Positions 20,943 to 30,278 of a stretch of 64,000 nt of DNA are shown piece after piece. The translations under genes and the position numbers were made by a program. A model generated the notes under the pieces. The model did not search any database, was not told the origin of the DNA, and saw only the letters and a list, made by a program, of their open reading frames with translations. The stretch lies in the NCBI GenBank assembly GCA_963665325.3, contig OZ224045.1:2272001-2336000 (forward strand), read 5' to 3'. The DNA is from Alphaproteobacteria bacterium. GTDB taxonomy: Bacteria; Pseudomonadota; Alphaproteobacteria; Bin95. How positions within the stretch are numbered: position 1 is the first letter of the stretch; every line of letters begins with the position of its first letter.

Positions 20943-21941
20943 CTAGGGGTTCGAGGCGGTAACGGTTTTCGGTAACGTGTCCCTGCGGTCGTTGCCGTTG
21001 AGGGCGGCGAGGCGGTATCCGCCTTCGGATGCGCGCTCGACGCGTCCTTCGCGGACGAGCCTGTGCAGCGCCTCGGCGACGGTTGCGGGCCGGGTTGCCG
21101 CGCGCTCGCGGATCCGGCGCTGGGAGAGCGGCGCGTCGGCGTCGGCGAGGGCCTGCAGGATGCGCCGTTCGGGGGTATCCGGCTCCGGCGCCTGGTCTTC
21201 CGGCGTCTCGCGCAACCGCAGGGCGGGGCGCTCGTCGTCGTCGGCGAGTTCGATCTCGAGGTCTTCGAGGCCAGGGGCGTCGCGATGCTCGACGGTCATG
21301 AGGATCTGGCGGTCTCGCCGGCGCAGGTACAGATTCGAATCGCCCCAGGCGTGAAGTTCGCTGCTGCCGCGCAGCGCCTGCCCGGGCCGGGAGCCGCCGC
21401 TCTTTCGTGCGTGATGGACGAGGAGGACGGCGGTTTCGAAGCGGCGCTGTATGTCGCGCAGGAAGCCCAGCATGGGGGCGACCTCGGCGACGGTATTTTC
21501 GTCGACGCCGTGCAGGCGCACGAGGGGGTCGAGGACGACGAGGCGGGGTGAGACGCGCTCCACCGTCTCGACCAGGCGCTGGCGATCGGCGCGATGGTCG
21601 AGACGCAGCGTGGGCACGTCGATGACGGCGATGTCGAGGGTCTCGAACGCGGTGCCTGCCGCCTTTGCGATGCCCTGGAGGCGTGCGCGCACGATATGGC
21701 CGGCGTCCTCGGCGGCGAACAGCAGCACGGGGCCGCTTGCGGCGGGACGGAAGTGGCGCAGGCAGGGGACGCCGGCGGCGACCGCGACGGCGATGTCGAG
21801 TGCGAGGAAGGATTTGCCGCACTTGGGCTCGCCGCCGACGATGCCGACGCCCTGCTCGGACCACAACGCCTCGACCATCCAGCGGCGCGCCTGGGGGCGC
21901 TCTTCGAGCTCCGCCGGCGCCCGTGTCGGGAAGCCCTTCAC
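20943..21941 (-). CDS. AAA_25 / RepA-like RecA-fold ATPase with C-terminal winged HTH (transposon gene 4)
   Basis: Walker A GGEPKCGKS, FAAED, LVVLDPLVRLHGVDEN, LVHHARK and LRGSSEL. GTG start at 21941 overlaps the upstream TGA. Confidence 0.82.
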   Translation of the reverse strand: MKGFPTRAPAELEERPQARRWMVEALWSEQGVGIVGGEPKCGKSFLALDIAVAVAAGVPCLRHFRPAASGPVLLFAAEDAGHIVRARLQGIAKAAGTAFETLDIAVIDVPTLRLDHRADRQRLVETVERVSPRLVVLDPLVRLHGVDENTVAEVAPMLGFLRDIQRRFETAVLLVHHARKSGGSRPGQALRGSSELHAWGDSNLYLRRRDRQILMTVEHRDAPGLEDLEIELADDDERPALRLRETPEDQAPEPDTPERRILQALADADAPLSQRRIRERAATRPATVAEALHRLVREGRVERASEGGYRLAALNGNDRRDTLPKTVTASNP

Positions 21942-22771
21942 CGCCGCGCCCTCCTCGGCTTGGCGGGTTCGCCCAGGGTCTCGATGAAGAGCTTCTCGTC
22001 GAGGACCTCGCGCTCCTTCTCGGCGGCGGCGGCGAGCAGGGCGTCGGCCATGACGGTGAGCGCCCGCGGGTTGCCGTCGGCATGGGCGACCAGGGTGTCC
22101 TTGAGGCCCGCGGTCATGAGGCCGGGATTGCCGGCCTGCTCGATCAGATGGTCGAGCAGGGCCGCGAGGTCGCCGGCCTCGGCCTTGGTCATGACCAGGC
22201 GCTGGCGGATGCGCGAGGCGATGGGCTGCAGATCGGGCTGGCGGAGCTTGTCGAGCAGGCGCGTGTCGCCGGCGAGGACGACCGAGAGGATGGCGCGCGA
22301 GTCGAAGTCGGTCGAAGCCAGCAGGCGGATCTCGGAGAACACCGAGGGCAGCAGCTCCTGGGCCTCGTCGACGAGCACGACGGGGCGCATGCGGGTATCG
22401 TCGACATGGGCGAGCCAGCGCTCGCGCAGGCTTTTGAAGCTGGCCCAGCGGTTGTTGTACATCAGGTCGACGCCGAACATCTCGCCGATCTCGCGGTAGA
22501 AGTCGGACAGCCGGGAGGAGGGATGGGTGATGGCGGCGATGCTGAGCCCCTCGCAGCGGCCGAGACGGTCGGCGAGCAGGCGCAACGCCACACTCTTTCC
22601 GGCGCCGGGCTCGCCGGCGATCAAGGCGAAGCCGCCCTGGCGCACCAGGTGGCGCTCGATCCTGAGGCAGAAGCTGTCGACGGCAGGCGTCGCCATGAGA
22701 CTGTCGACCGGCAGGTCGGTGGCGAAGGGGTTCCACTTGAGCCCGTAGAAGGTGAGCAGTTCCCGGTTCAT
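21938..22771 (-). CDS. ExeA-family / MuB-TnsC-like AAA+ ATPase (transposon gene 3)
   Basis: FYGLKWNPF, Walker A GEPGAGKS, Walker B VLVDEAQ and GNPR. Confidence 0.88.
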   Translation of the reverse strand: MNRELLTFYGLKWNPFATDLPVDSLMATPAVDSFCLRIERHLVRQGGFALIAGEPGAGKSVALRLLADRLGRCEGLSIAAITHPSSRLSDFYREIGEMFGVDLMYNNRWASFKSLRERWLAHVDDTRMRPVVLVDEAQELLPSVFSEIRLLASTDFDSRAILSVVLAGDTRLLDKLRQPDLQPIASRIRQRLVMTKAEAGDLAALLDHLIEQAGNPGLMTAGLKDTLVAHADGNPRALTVMADALLAAAAEKEREVLDEKLFIETLGEPAKPRRARR

Positions 22772-24243
22772 GGCGCATCTCCCCGATCTTCGTCCTCGCC
22801 CGGACCGGGCGTCTTGTCATGGGGCAGCCAGGCCGGCGGCAGGCCGGTTGCGGCCTGGGCGTCGAGCATGCCCTTGAGCAGCGGCGGAAGTTCCCCCGTC
22901 CCCGCGCCGCCATTGCCATCGTTGCCGCCGGGGCCGGCGGGACGGCGCACGCCATCGGCGTTGCCGCGCTTGTCGAGGGGGTACAGCGTGCACAGGCGCT
23001 CGCCGCCTCGACCGTCGATCAGATCGACGCTGGCGAGGTTCCAGCGCGCGTAACGGATCCAGGCCTCGCGCAGGTGGCGCCACGGCTGTGGCACCTGGTA
23101 GCGGATGCCCTCGACCGAGACGGTGCCGTCCGAGCGCCTGAGCGTGCGCTTCCTGGTGATGCGGAAGGCCGCCTTGAGCTCGGCCGAGCCGGGGCAGGAT
23201 CTCGACGCGTCGACGCTCCCGGCCAGGCGTTGATGCGGCGTCATGCCGAGCTCGCGGTGCTTGCGGCGGTGATAGTCCTGCTCCAGCCAGGCGATGGTGG
23301 CGTCGTTGAGCATCTTCAAGGTAAGCGCGTCGACGCCTTCGAGCTGAGCCATCAGGCGCGATTCGACCGTGCCCCAGAACGACTCGATCTTGCCGTTCTG
23401 ATGGGGGCTGTAAGCGAGCGTCGTGACCCCCGCGATGCCGAGCCGGTGCAACCCCTCCTCGACCTCGCCCGCGGTCATCGCCGCGCCGTTGTCGGTCAGC
23501 AGGGACCTCGGCAGACCGCGCTTCATGAAGGCCTGGCAAAGGCCGTGGACGAACACCTCGGCGGTCTCGGCGAGGTACCACTGAAGGTGGCAGCCGAGGC
23601 GCGAGTGGTCGTCGAGGAAGCCGAGCAGGATCGGCGTCTTCCACTCGCCCGAGGCGGTCAGCACGCGACGCTTGGCGCTGTGCATGTCGGCGTGCCACAG
23701 GGCGTGAGAGCGCGAGACCTCGTAGCTCAATACCTCGCGGGCTTCGACCGCCGGCCTGGCCTCGCTCTCATGCCACTTGCGCCGGCGCTTGCGTACCAGC
23801 CCGCGAGCCCGCATCGCCCGGGTCAGCGTCGCGTAGGACGGTATCGGGCCGAGCTCGGGATCGGCCTCGACCCGCGCGGCCAGATTCTCGTGATGAAGCT
23901 GCGCCGACCACGACGGATGCGCCCGGTACTGCTCGTGCAGCGCCTCGATCAGCGTCGGCGACATCGCGCGCGGGCGCCCGGCATCGGCGCGCGGGCGCCG
24001 CTTGAGCGCCCCCACCGGATCGTTGTCCGCCGCCCGCGCCTGGTAGTACCAGCGCTCGATCGTGGACACCGCGAAGCGCACCCGGCCCTTGCCGGACGGG
24101 TGATCCCACTCGCGTTCGGCAAGCCGCTCAAGCTCGGCGTGCAGCCGCCCCGCCGGCGGCGGCGAGGCCAGAAGCGGCCCGACCACCGCGAAGCGCAACC
24201 GCGCCCACCGGTCGCGACGCTCGCTCCCGTCGTTGCTGTTCAT
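22768..24243 (-). CDS. DDE integrase/transposase (rve core, Mu-transposase C-terminal-like; transposon gene 2)
   Basis: LWHADMH, FLDDHSR, LLTDNGAAM, QNGKIESFW and RRSDGTVSVEGIRY. Confidence 0.9.
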   Translation of the reverse strand: MNSNDGSERRDRWARLRFAVVGPLLASPPPAGRLHAELERLAEREWDHPSGKGRVRFAVSTIERWYYQARAADNDPVGALKRRPRADAGRPRAMSPTLIEALHEQYRAHPSWSAQLHHENLAARVEADPELGPIPSYATLTRAMRARGLVRKRRRKWHESEARPAVEAREVLSYEVSRSHALWHADMHSAKRRVLTASGEWKTPILLGFLDDHSRLGCHLQWYLAETAEVFVHGLCQAFMKRGLPRSLLTDNGAAMTAGEVEEGLHRLGIAGVTTLAYSPHQNGKIESFWGTVESRLMAQLEGVDALTLKMLNDATIAWLEQDYHRRKHRELGMTPHQRLAGSVDASRSCPGSAELKAAFRITRKRTLRRSDGTVSVEGIRYQVPQPWRHLREAWIRYARWNLASVDLIDGRGGERLCTLYPLDKRGNADGVRRPAGPGGNDGNGGAGTGELPPLLKGMLDAQAATGLPPAWLPHDKTPGPGEDEDRGDAP

Positions 24244-24291
24244 TCCGGCATCCCCCTCGCTGCTTCGTGGAGGTGCCGATGATGCGGTGCC

Positions 24292-24906
24292 CTATCCGTG
24301 CATCATAGAAACGCTTTCTGCGGGCGAAGCCGGACCTGCGCCGAGCGCGCAAAAGCCGGTCCACGGCATCAGCCAGACCAGGCTCCGCAGCAGCCGCGAG
24401 CGGAAGCCACGGCCCCGCATGATGCGCAGCAGCCGGCGCAGCGGCGCCTCTTCGGGCGGCGCCGCCAGCTCGCCCCGTCTCGCCTGCCACTCCCGGGTCA
24501 GCGGGAAGGCTTCCAGCCACCAGCGCCGCCAGCGCTTCAGCGTCGAGGCCGGAACCCCGCACCGCCGCGCGATCGTCTGCAACCGCGCGCCGCCGGCCAC
24601 AGCCAGCGCACTCACCACAAGGAACAGCGCCCCGACGTAAAAGCGCCTGCCGAAGAAACGCACCGACGGCGGCTTCACGCGGCGTCGGCACACCGAACAG
24701 CACAGGCTGAAGCGCCGAACGTCGTTCCGAAGATTCGCCGCCAGACCGTGCGGCTTGCGCGGGTAGCTCGCGCTGTGAAGCGCGCCGCCGCAGCGCGGGC
24801 AACCCGCCGCCCGGCACGCCTCCGCCTCGGCCGCGTCGACCTGCTTCAGAAAATCCCAAACCCGGGCGTTGGAGAGATTGGAGTGCCGGAACAGCTTGTG
24901 CGACAT
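24292..24906 (-). CDS. Small Zn-ribbon/HTH protein (transposon gene 1)
   Basis: CPRCGG...CCSVCRRR, PPSVRFFGRR and an HTH-like ASTLKRWRRWW. First gene of the element. Confidence 0.7.
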   Translation of the reverse strand: MSHKLFRHSNLSNARVWDFLKQVDAAEAEACRAAGCPRCGGALHSASYPRKPHGLAANLRNDVRRFSLCCSVCRRRVKPPSVRFFGRRFYVGALFLVVSALAVAGGARLQTIARRCGVPASTLKRWRRWWLEAFPLTREWQARRGELAAPPEEAPLRRLLRIMRGRGFRSRLLRSLVWLMPWTGFCALGAGPASPAESVSMMHG

Positions 24907-25058
24907 TGGGGCCGTCTCAGGTTGATGTCACTGTCACCGAGACAAGCCCTCCGGCGGCCTTCTTGCAAGATCGCCGGGGGGCACCCAATCCAAAACCTCG
25001 ATTAATCCGAGCCGATCAGCCCCTGATCGCCGCTGAAAGCCTGCGCCCGCTCACCATG

Positions 25059-25904
25059 TCGCTTTCGCAGGGCGGCGGATGGCAGACGGCGGACATCGCC
25101 ATGCAGCTTGCGGCTGCGGGCGGGCGCGCCGAGTTGCTGCGTCCCGGGGCCGATGGCGGGCTTGCGCTGGCGCTGAAGACGGATGCGTTCTTCGTGCGGA
25201 GCGAGTCGGCGCGGGTATCGACGCCCGGCGTCGGCAATCTCGGGGCTGCGACGGGCGATGCAAGCCGCGTGCGGGCCGTATTGGAAGGATCGCGGGCGTT
25301 CGCGCTGGCTGGCGGCGGGGCGCTGGCGCCGTCGCTGTCGCTCGGGCTGCGCCATGACGGCGGCGATGCGGAGACGGGTTCGGGCGTGGAGGTCGGCGCC
25401 GGGCTCACATGGTCCGCGCCGGCAGCCGGGCTGACCTCGGAGCTGCGCCTCTACGGCCTGGCGGCGCATGAGGCGGGCGGCTACGACGAATGGGGGGCGA
25501 GCGGTTCGCTGCGGATGGTTCCGGGTCCGTCAGGCCGCGGGCTGTCGCTGTCGATGACGCCGTCATGGGGCGCCCGGGACCAGGCCGGGCGGCTGTGGGA
25601 TGCGGCGCCCGGCGGGTTGGCCGGGGACGGCGACAGGGAGCAGCCGGGCGTGCGCCTCGACACGGAACTCGGCTATGGCCTCTCCCTGTCGGACGGCCTG
25701 ACCGGCACGCCCTATGCGGGCTTCGGGTTCGGCGAGGCCGGCGCCCGGGACTACCGCCTCGGCTGGCGGCTCTCATCGGACCGGTTGCAATCGTTCTCTC
25801 TGGGCATCGAGGCGACCCGCCGCGAGGCCGCAAACGCTAACGGATCGGGGGAGGGCGGCAAGCCGGAGCACAGCGTGACGCTGCGCGGCGCGGTGCGCTG
25901 GTAG
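25059..25904 (+). pseudogene. Autotransporter-like protein 1, 3' part (type-A beta-barrel)
   Basis: Resumes SLSQGGGWQTADIAM after the TSD. Contains LRHDGGDAETGSGVEVG, ends ..GAVRW and is near-identical to 34266-35102. Confidence 0.88.
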
Positions 25905-25923
25905 GGCCATCCGGGGCGTGAAC

Positions 25924-26447
25924 GCGCGCGGGGTCTTCTGATGCATGAGGACGGGGAGTTCGACGACCGCGGGTTTGCGGGCCAGCTCGCCTGGGACCCG
26001 GAGCCTTCGTCCGACCGGGGTCCGTCGCTGACGCTGAGCCAGACGGTGGGCTCGTCTGCGACGGGCGGTGCGGACGCGCTGCTGCGCCCCGATACCGCGC
26101 GCCTGTTCGAGGCGGCGAACCCCGGATCGGGGTCCGGGGCAGGCTCCGGGGACGAGCTTGACCGGCGGCGTTTCGAGGCGCGGCTCGGCTATGGCTGGGC
26201 ATCCTTCGGCGGTCGCTACACGACGGTGCCGGCGATCGGGGTCGGGCTGACGGAGGCGGTGCGGGAGTATATCCACTCCTGGCGTCTGGCGGAGACCGGG
26301 AGCGCGGGTCTGGTGCTCGGGCTCGGCTGGCGGCTCGAGGGCGCGCAGGCGGTTGCGTTCGAGACCCGTCTCGAGGCCTCACGCCACGATGCCGCCAACG
26401 ACAATGCCGAACACCGCATCGGCCTCACCCTGACCGCGCGATGGTGA
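25924..26447 (+). pseudogene. Orphan 3' fragment of a type-B barrel
   Basis: HEDGEFDDRGFAGQLAWDPEP...TLTARW matches 52700-53263 with an internal deletion. Confidence 0.82.
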
Positions 26448-26695
26448 CCGGCCGGCGGCGGCCATAGCGGTTGTCGCGGGCGGCGCGGACCGCTGGGGGG
26501 AACGCCGGAACGAAGCGCCCGTCCGCCCGTGCAAACGCGCTCCGGGCGTCAAAAAGTCTCGCTGTTTGCCCGGTTTCCGACAAATTAATTTTCATTTCCC
26601 TCCCGTCTGGGAGGCGCGGCGACATTCGGAAACGGCATAGATTCCGCCCCTGTCGAGTGAGCGGCATCCGCCACTACCGGGGGGCCGGGGGGCGT
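26448..26695 (+). repeat. Conserved intergenic leader, copy 2
   Basis: Same blocks as the other copies, including CCTCCCGTCTGGGAGG and GGAAACGGCATAG...CTGTCGAGTGA. Confidence 0.88.
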
Positions 26696-26860
26696 ATGAG
26701 GGGTTCAGGACGCTTTGCGTTTTTCGAATCCAGGCCAGAACGGAAACCGGGAGCCTGCCGCTCCGTAACCCGGCGTCCCGCGTGCGCTGCCGGTGGAGGG
26801 TCCGGGCGTTGGCGGCGCTGGTCCTGGCGGCCGGGCCGTCGATGTCGTTGTCGCCCGCAT
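26696..26860 (+). pseudogene. 5' stub of a sixth surface-protein gene
   Basis: MRGSGRFAFFESRPERKPGACRSVTRR matches the N-termini at 30279 and 48440, then frameshifts and ends. Confidence 0.75.
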
Positions 26861-26949
26861 CGGGCATTCAGCTCGCACTGTCCACGAGCACCGGAAAGCT
26901 TCCGGGTGCACGGAAAAGACCCGGAAGTTCGATGGGCGTTAACACCGGT

Positions 26950-27650
26950 TATCGCCCGTCGCCTCAAGAAGTCGGCGATGGGCATTCCTCGGCTCGGACG
27001 ATGGGCCGCCGTGGTGCTGATCGGTCCGCGACAGGTCGGCAAGACCACACTCGTGGCGGAGCTCGCGCGATCGCGTGACGCATCCTGTCTCGACCTCGAA
27101 GATCGCACCCGGCTGGCCGAACCCGCCCTCTTCCTCGACAGCGTGGAAGATCGGCTCGTCATCCTCGAGGAGATTCACCGCATTCCGGAACTCTTCCAGG
27201 CCTTGCGCGGAGTCGTCGACAGAGGCCGTCGCCGTGGGAAAGGCAAGGGCCGGTTTCTCATCCTGGGGTCGGCATCGGTCGACTTGTTGCGGCAATCCGG
27301 CGAAACCCTTGCCGGGCGCATCGCATATATCGACATGGCGCCTCCTTCCGCTCTCGAAGTAGACGATACTCGCGCAACGCGCGAGCGGCTGTGGCTACGC
27401 GGCGGCTTTCCGGACAGCTATCTCGTCGAGAGCGATCGCGACAGCCTGATGCTGCGCCAGGATTTCATTCGCACCTATCTGGAACGTAACGTCGCGGTTC
27501 CCGGTCCGCGCATTCCCGTCACGACCGCGGAACGATTGTGGAACGATTGCGGACGATGCTCGCGCATCGCCAGGGAACCACGCTCAACGCATCCGAGCTC
27601 GCCAGAGGCCTGAAAGTGAGCACACGGTCGGTGATGCGGCGCTTACTTTT
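26950..27650 (+). pseudogene. Truncated AAA_14/DUF4143-type ATP-binding protein
   Basis: VVLIGPRQVGKTTL, VILEEIH, ILGSAS and LWLRGGFP. An 11-bp duplication (GGAACGATTG(T/C), 27529-27550) shifts the frame, and the C-terminal half is missing. Confidence 0.75.
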
Positions 27651-27700
27651 CGACTGCACATACAACCTCTCCGATCCACCCTGGAACCGAAAGGACCGCC

Positions 27701-29092
27701 ATGGGCCACACCAGACGGCAGTTTCTTGCTGCCGCCGCTGCTGCGGCGTCCACCCTAACCATGGCCGGCTGCGCCGGCCCGCACGTAGCTTCCCAGGGAC
27801 ATCGCTCGTCCTATGCAAGTCAAATCATAGAGCCACAGAACCGGAACACCGTGTTCCTCTGGGTCGATGCGGTCCTTCAGCAGGTGCGGGACCAGAGGGT
27901 TACGCCGCCGCGGGCCGCCTACAATTTCGGCCTCCCGATGGCGGCCGGTTTCCTTGCTGCGAATGGGGTCGTCCGAGCCTATGACGAGCCTTTCGGGATC
28001 GGCTCCGGCCCGCGCGGCGCAGACCCGGAGGTTGCCTATGGCATCGCCTTTGCAGTAGGCGCGGCGGAAGCATTCCAGCAACCCTTCCTGTTCGAGCGCA
28101 TGGCCTTCCTGAACCGCTTCCCCGACAGCGAGGCAAAGTCGCTCGGCGTCGAATGGGGCCGCAAGGTCGGCCACCGGGTGCTCGACCTGCGCACGGACGA
28201 CGGTTCGGAACCCAGCGAGGCCTTGTACTATCTCGGACGCTACAAGAGGCGAAGCGATGCGCTGCGGTGGCGCCCGACCGGCCCGTTTTACGGCGCAGCG
28301 CCTGGCCCGGCATTTGCCAGTTTCGACCGCGGCCTCTATCCGGGGCACGGCCGGATAAAGCCGTGGACGATGACGAGCGGCTCGCAGTTCAGGACGGCCG
28401 GGTTTTACGATCCGGCGAGCCCCGAGTTCGCCGAAGAGTTCGACACCATCCGCCGACTCGGAGGGATGGACAGCGAAATCAGGAGCGAAGAGCAGGCGGA
28501 GATCGCGCTCTTCTGGGAAGACGGACCCTGGGGCGTCACCCCGCCGGGCCACATGGTTTATATCGCGATGCAGATCCTGCAGGGCCGGGGGTTCTCCTTC
28601 ATCGAGCTTGCGCGTGCCTTCGCGCTGATCGGCATGACGCAGTGCGACGCCTCCATTTCCGCCTGGGACAGCAAATACCATTACGACATCGTCCGTCCGG
28701 AAAGCGCGATTCGCGTGCGCGCGCCGGCATTCGGCAATCCGGACCCGCGCGTGGTCCGGCAGGCAGGCTGGCAAAGCTATATCCCCACACCGGAATTTCC
28801 GGCCTATCCGGCGGGACATTCCACCTTCGGCGCCGTCGCCGCGGAGCTGCTGGCGCTGTTCGTCGGAAGCGACCATGTCGCATTTTCAGGGCGGGCTCCG
28901 GACGAGGTGCTCTGGCCACAACTGCGTGGCGTTACACGGAGCTGGACGAGTCTCAGCCACATGGCCGAAGAAAACGGCATGAGCCGGCTCTATGGCGGCG
29001 TGCACTGGGAACTCGACCATAGGGCCGGGATGAAGGCCGGCCAGGCGATCGCGCGGCAGGCCTTCTATTCCACCTTTCCAGCAAAGGCGTAA
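27701..29092 (+). CDS. Vanadium-dependent haloperoxidase (PAP2 superfamily), Tat-exported
   Basis: Tat motif TRRQFL, WDSKYHYDIVRP, TPEFPAYPAGHS and SRLYGGVHW. Confidence 0.85.
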   Translation: MGHTRRQFLAAAAAAASTLTMAGCAGPHVASQGHRSSYASQIIEPQNRNTVFLWVDAVLQQVRDQRVTPPRAAYNFGLPMAAGFLAANGVVRAYDEPFGIGSGPRGADPEVAYGIAFAVGAAEAFQQPFLFERMAFLNRFPDSEAKSLGVEWGRKVGHRVLDLRTDDGSEPSEALYYLGRYKRRSDALRWRPTGPFYGAAPGPAFASFDRGLYPGHGRIKPWTMTSGSQFRTAGFYDPASPEFAEEFDTIRRLGGMDSEIRSEEQAEIALFWEDGPWGVTPPGHMVYIAMQILQGRGFSFIELARAFALIGMTQCDASISAWDSKYHYDIVRPESAIRVRAPAFGNPDPRVVRQAGWQSYIPTPEFPAYPAGHSTFGAVAAELLALFVGSDHVAFSGRAPDEVLWPQLRGVTRSWTSLSHMAEENGMSRLYGGVHWELDHRAGMKAGQAIARQAFYSTFPAKA

Positions 29093-29162
29093 AGCCGTGG
29101 CAGCAAAGCGGATTCGGCGGGCGCTGCTTCCCGCCGCGATCGTCGCTGCTGGCGGCGGCGCC

Positions 29163-30039
29163 TGCGGAGGGCGGGCTGGAGCTTTCGACGGTGTCGGACA
29201 TGCTGCTGGTGCGCACGACGTCGGAGGAGATCCGCGACAACGAGAACAAGCAGAGCCTTGCATCCTCGGATGCGGAGGTGACGCGGGTGAGGGTCGGTCT
29301 CGAGGGCGCGTGGCGGGGTCTCGGGTCGCTCGAGCCCTCCTTCGGGATCGGGATGCGCCATGACGGGGGCGATGCGGAGACGGGTCTGGGCGCGGACATC
29401 GGGGCTGGCCTTGCGTGGACGGACCCGGGCCTGGGGATCGAGGCGGAGTTCAGGGCGCGGGGTCTTCTGACGCATGAGGCGAGCGGGTTCCGTGAGCGGG
29501 GGTTTGCGGGCTCGCTGGCCTGGGACCCGGAGCCATCGTCCGACCGGGGCCCGCGGTTCACGTTGAGCCAGACGGTGGGCGGGCCCGCTGCGGGCGGGGT
29601 GGAGGCGCTGCTGCGGCCGGAGACGGCGCGGGTGCTGGAGGCGGCGAACGACCCCGGATCGGGGTCCGGGGCAGGCAACAGCGGGCAGAGCCGGCTCGAG
29701 GCGAGGTTCGGTTACGGCTGGCGTTCGTTCGGCGGGCGCTATGTGACGGTGCCGGAGGTGGGGCTCGGCGTCTCGGAGACGGCGCGCGAATATATCCATG
29801 GCTGGCGCCTGGTGGAGGCGAAGCGCGGGGGGCTTGCGTTCGGGCTGGATGTGGAGGCGGCGCGGCGCGAACAGATGGCGGGCAATGCGGCGCCGGAGCA
29901 CCGGCTCGGGTTCGGGCTCGGCTGGCGGCGCGAGGACGCCACATTCGAGTTCCGTCTGGAAGGCTCGCGTCTGCAGCCGGTCAACGGCAACCGCGCGCCC
30001 GAACACCGCATCGGCCTCACCCTGACCGCGCGATGGTGA
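29163..30039 (+). pseudogene. Orphan 3' half of a type-B barrel
   Basis: VRTTSEE...VTRVRVGLEG...MRHDGGDAETG...PEHRIGLTLTARW, with no 5' part. Confidence 0.82.
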
Positions 30040-30278
30040 CCGGGCGGCACGGGCCATAGCGGTTGTCGCGGACGGCGCGGACCGCCGGCCGGATCGCCGG
30101 AACGAAGCGCCCGTCCGCCCGTGCAAGCGCGCTCCGGGCGTACAAAAAGCCCGCTGCCGAGCGGTTTTCGACAAATTAATTCTCATTTCCCTCCCGTCTG
30201 GGAGGCTCACCGATATTCCGAAACGGCATAGAATCTGTCCCTGTCGAGTGAACGGTATTCGCCGGTACGGGGGGCCGT
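30040..30278 (+). repeat. Conserved intergenic leader, copy 3
   Basis: Near-identical to 48201-48439. Confidence 0.9.

Larger units (their letters stand above)
18596..25053 (-). mobile_element. Four-gene Mu/Tn7-like (DDE + AAA) transposon, copy 1, carrying a nested IS1634
   Basis: Begins TGAGTG and ends CGCTCA. 5-bp TSD CCATG at 18591-18595 and 25054-25058; the intact paralog at 34261 has a single CCATG. 6458 bp in total, 4384 bp without the IS1634 and its TSD. Confidence 0.9.

Noticed and set aside
21942-22955. 670-aa ORFs (20943..22955 and 60515..62527)
   Set aside because: The N-terminal half is an off-frame shadow of the ExeA-like gene. The real start is GTG 21941 (61513 in copy 2).
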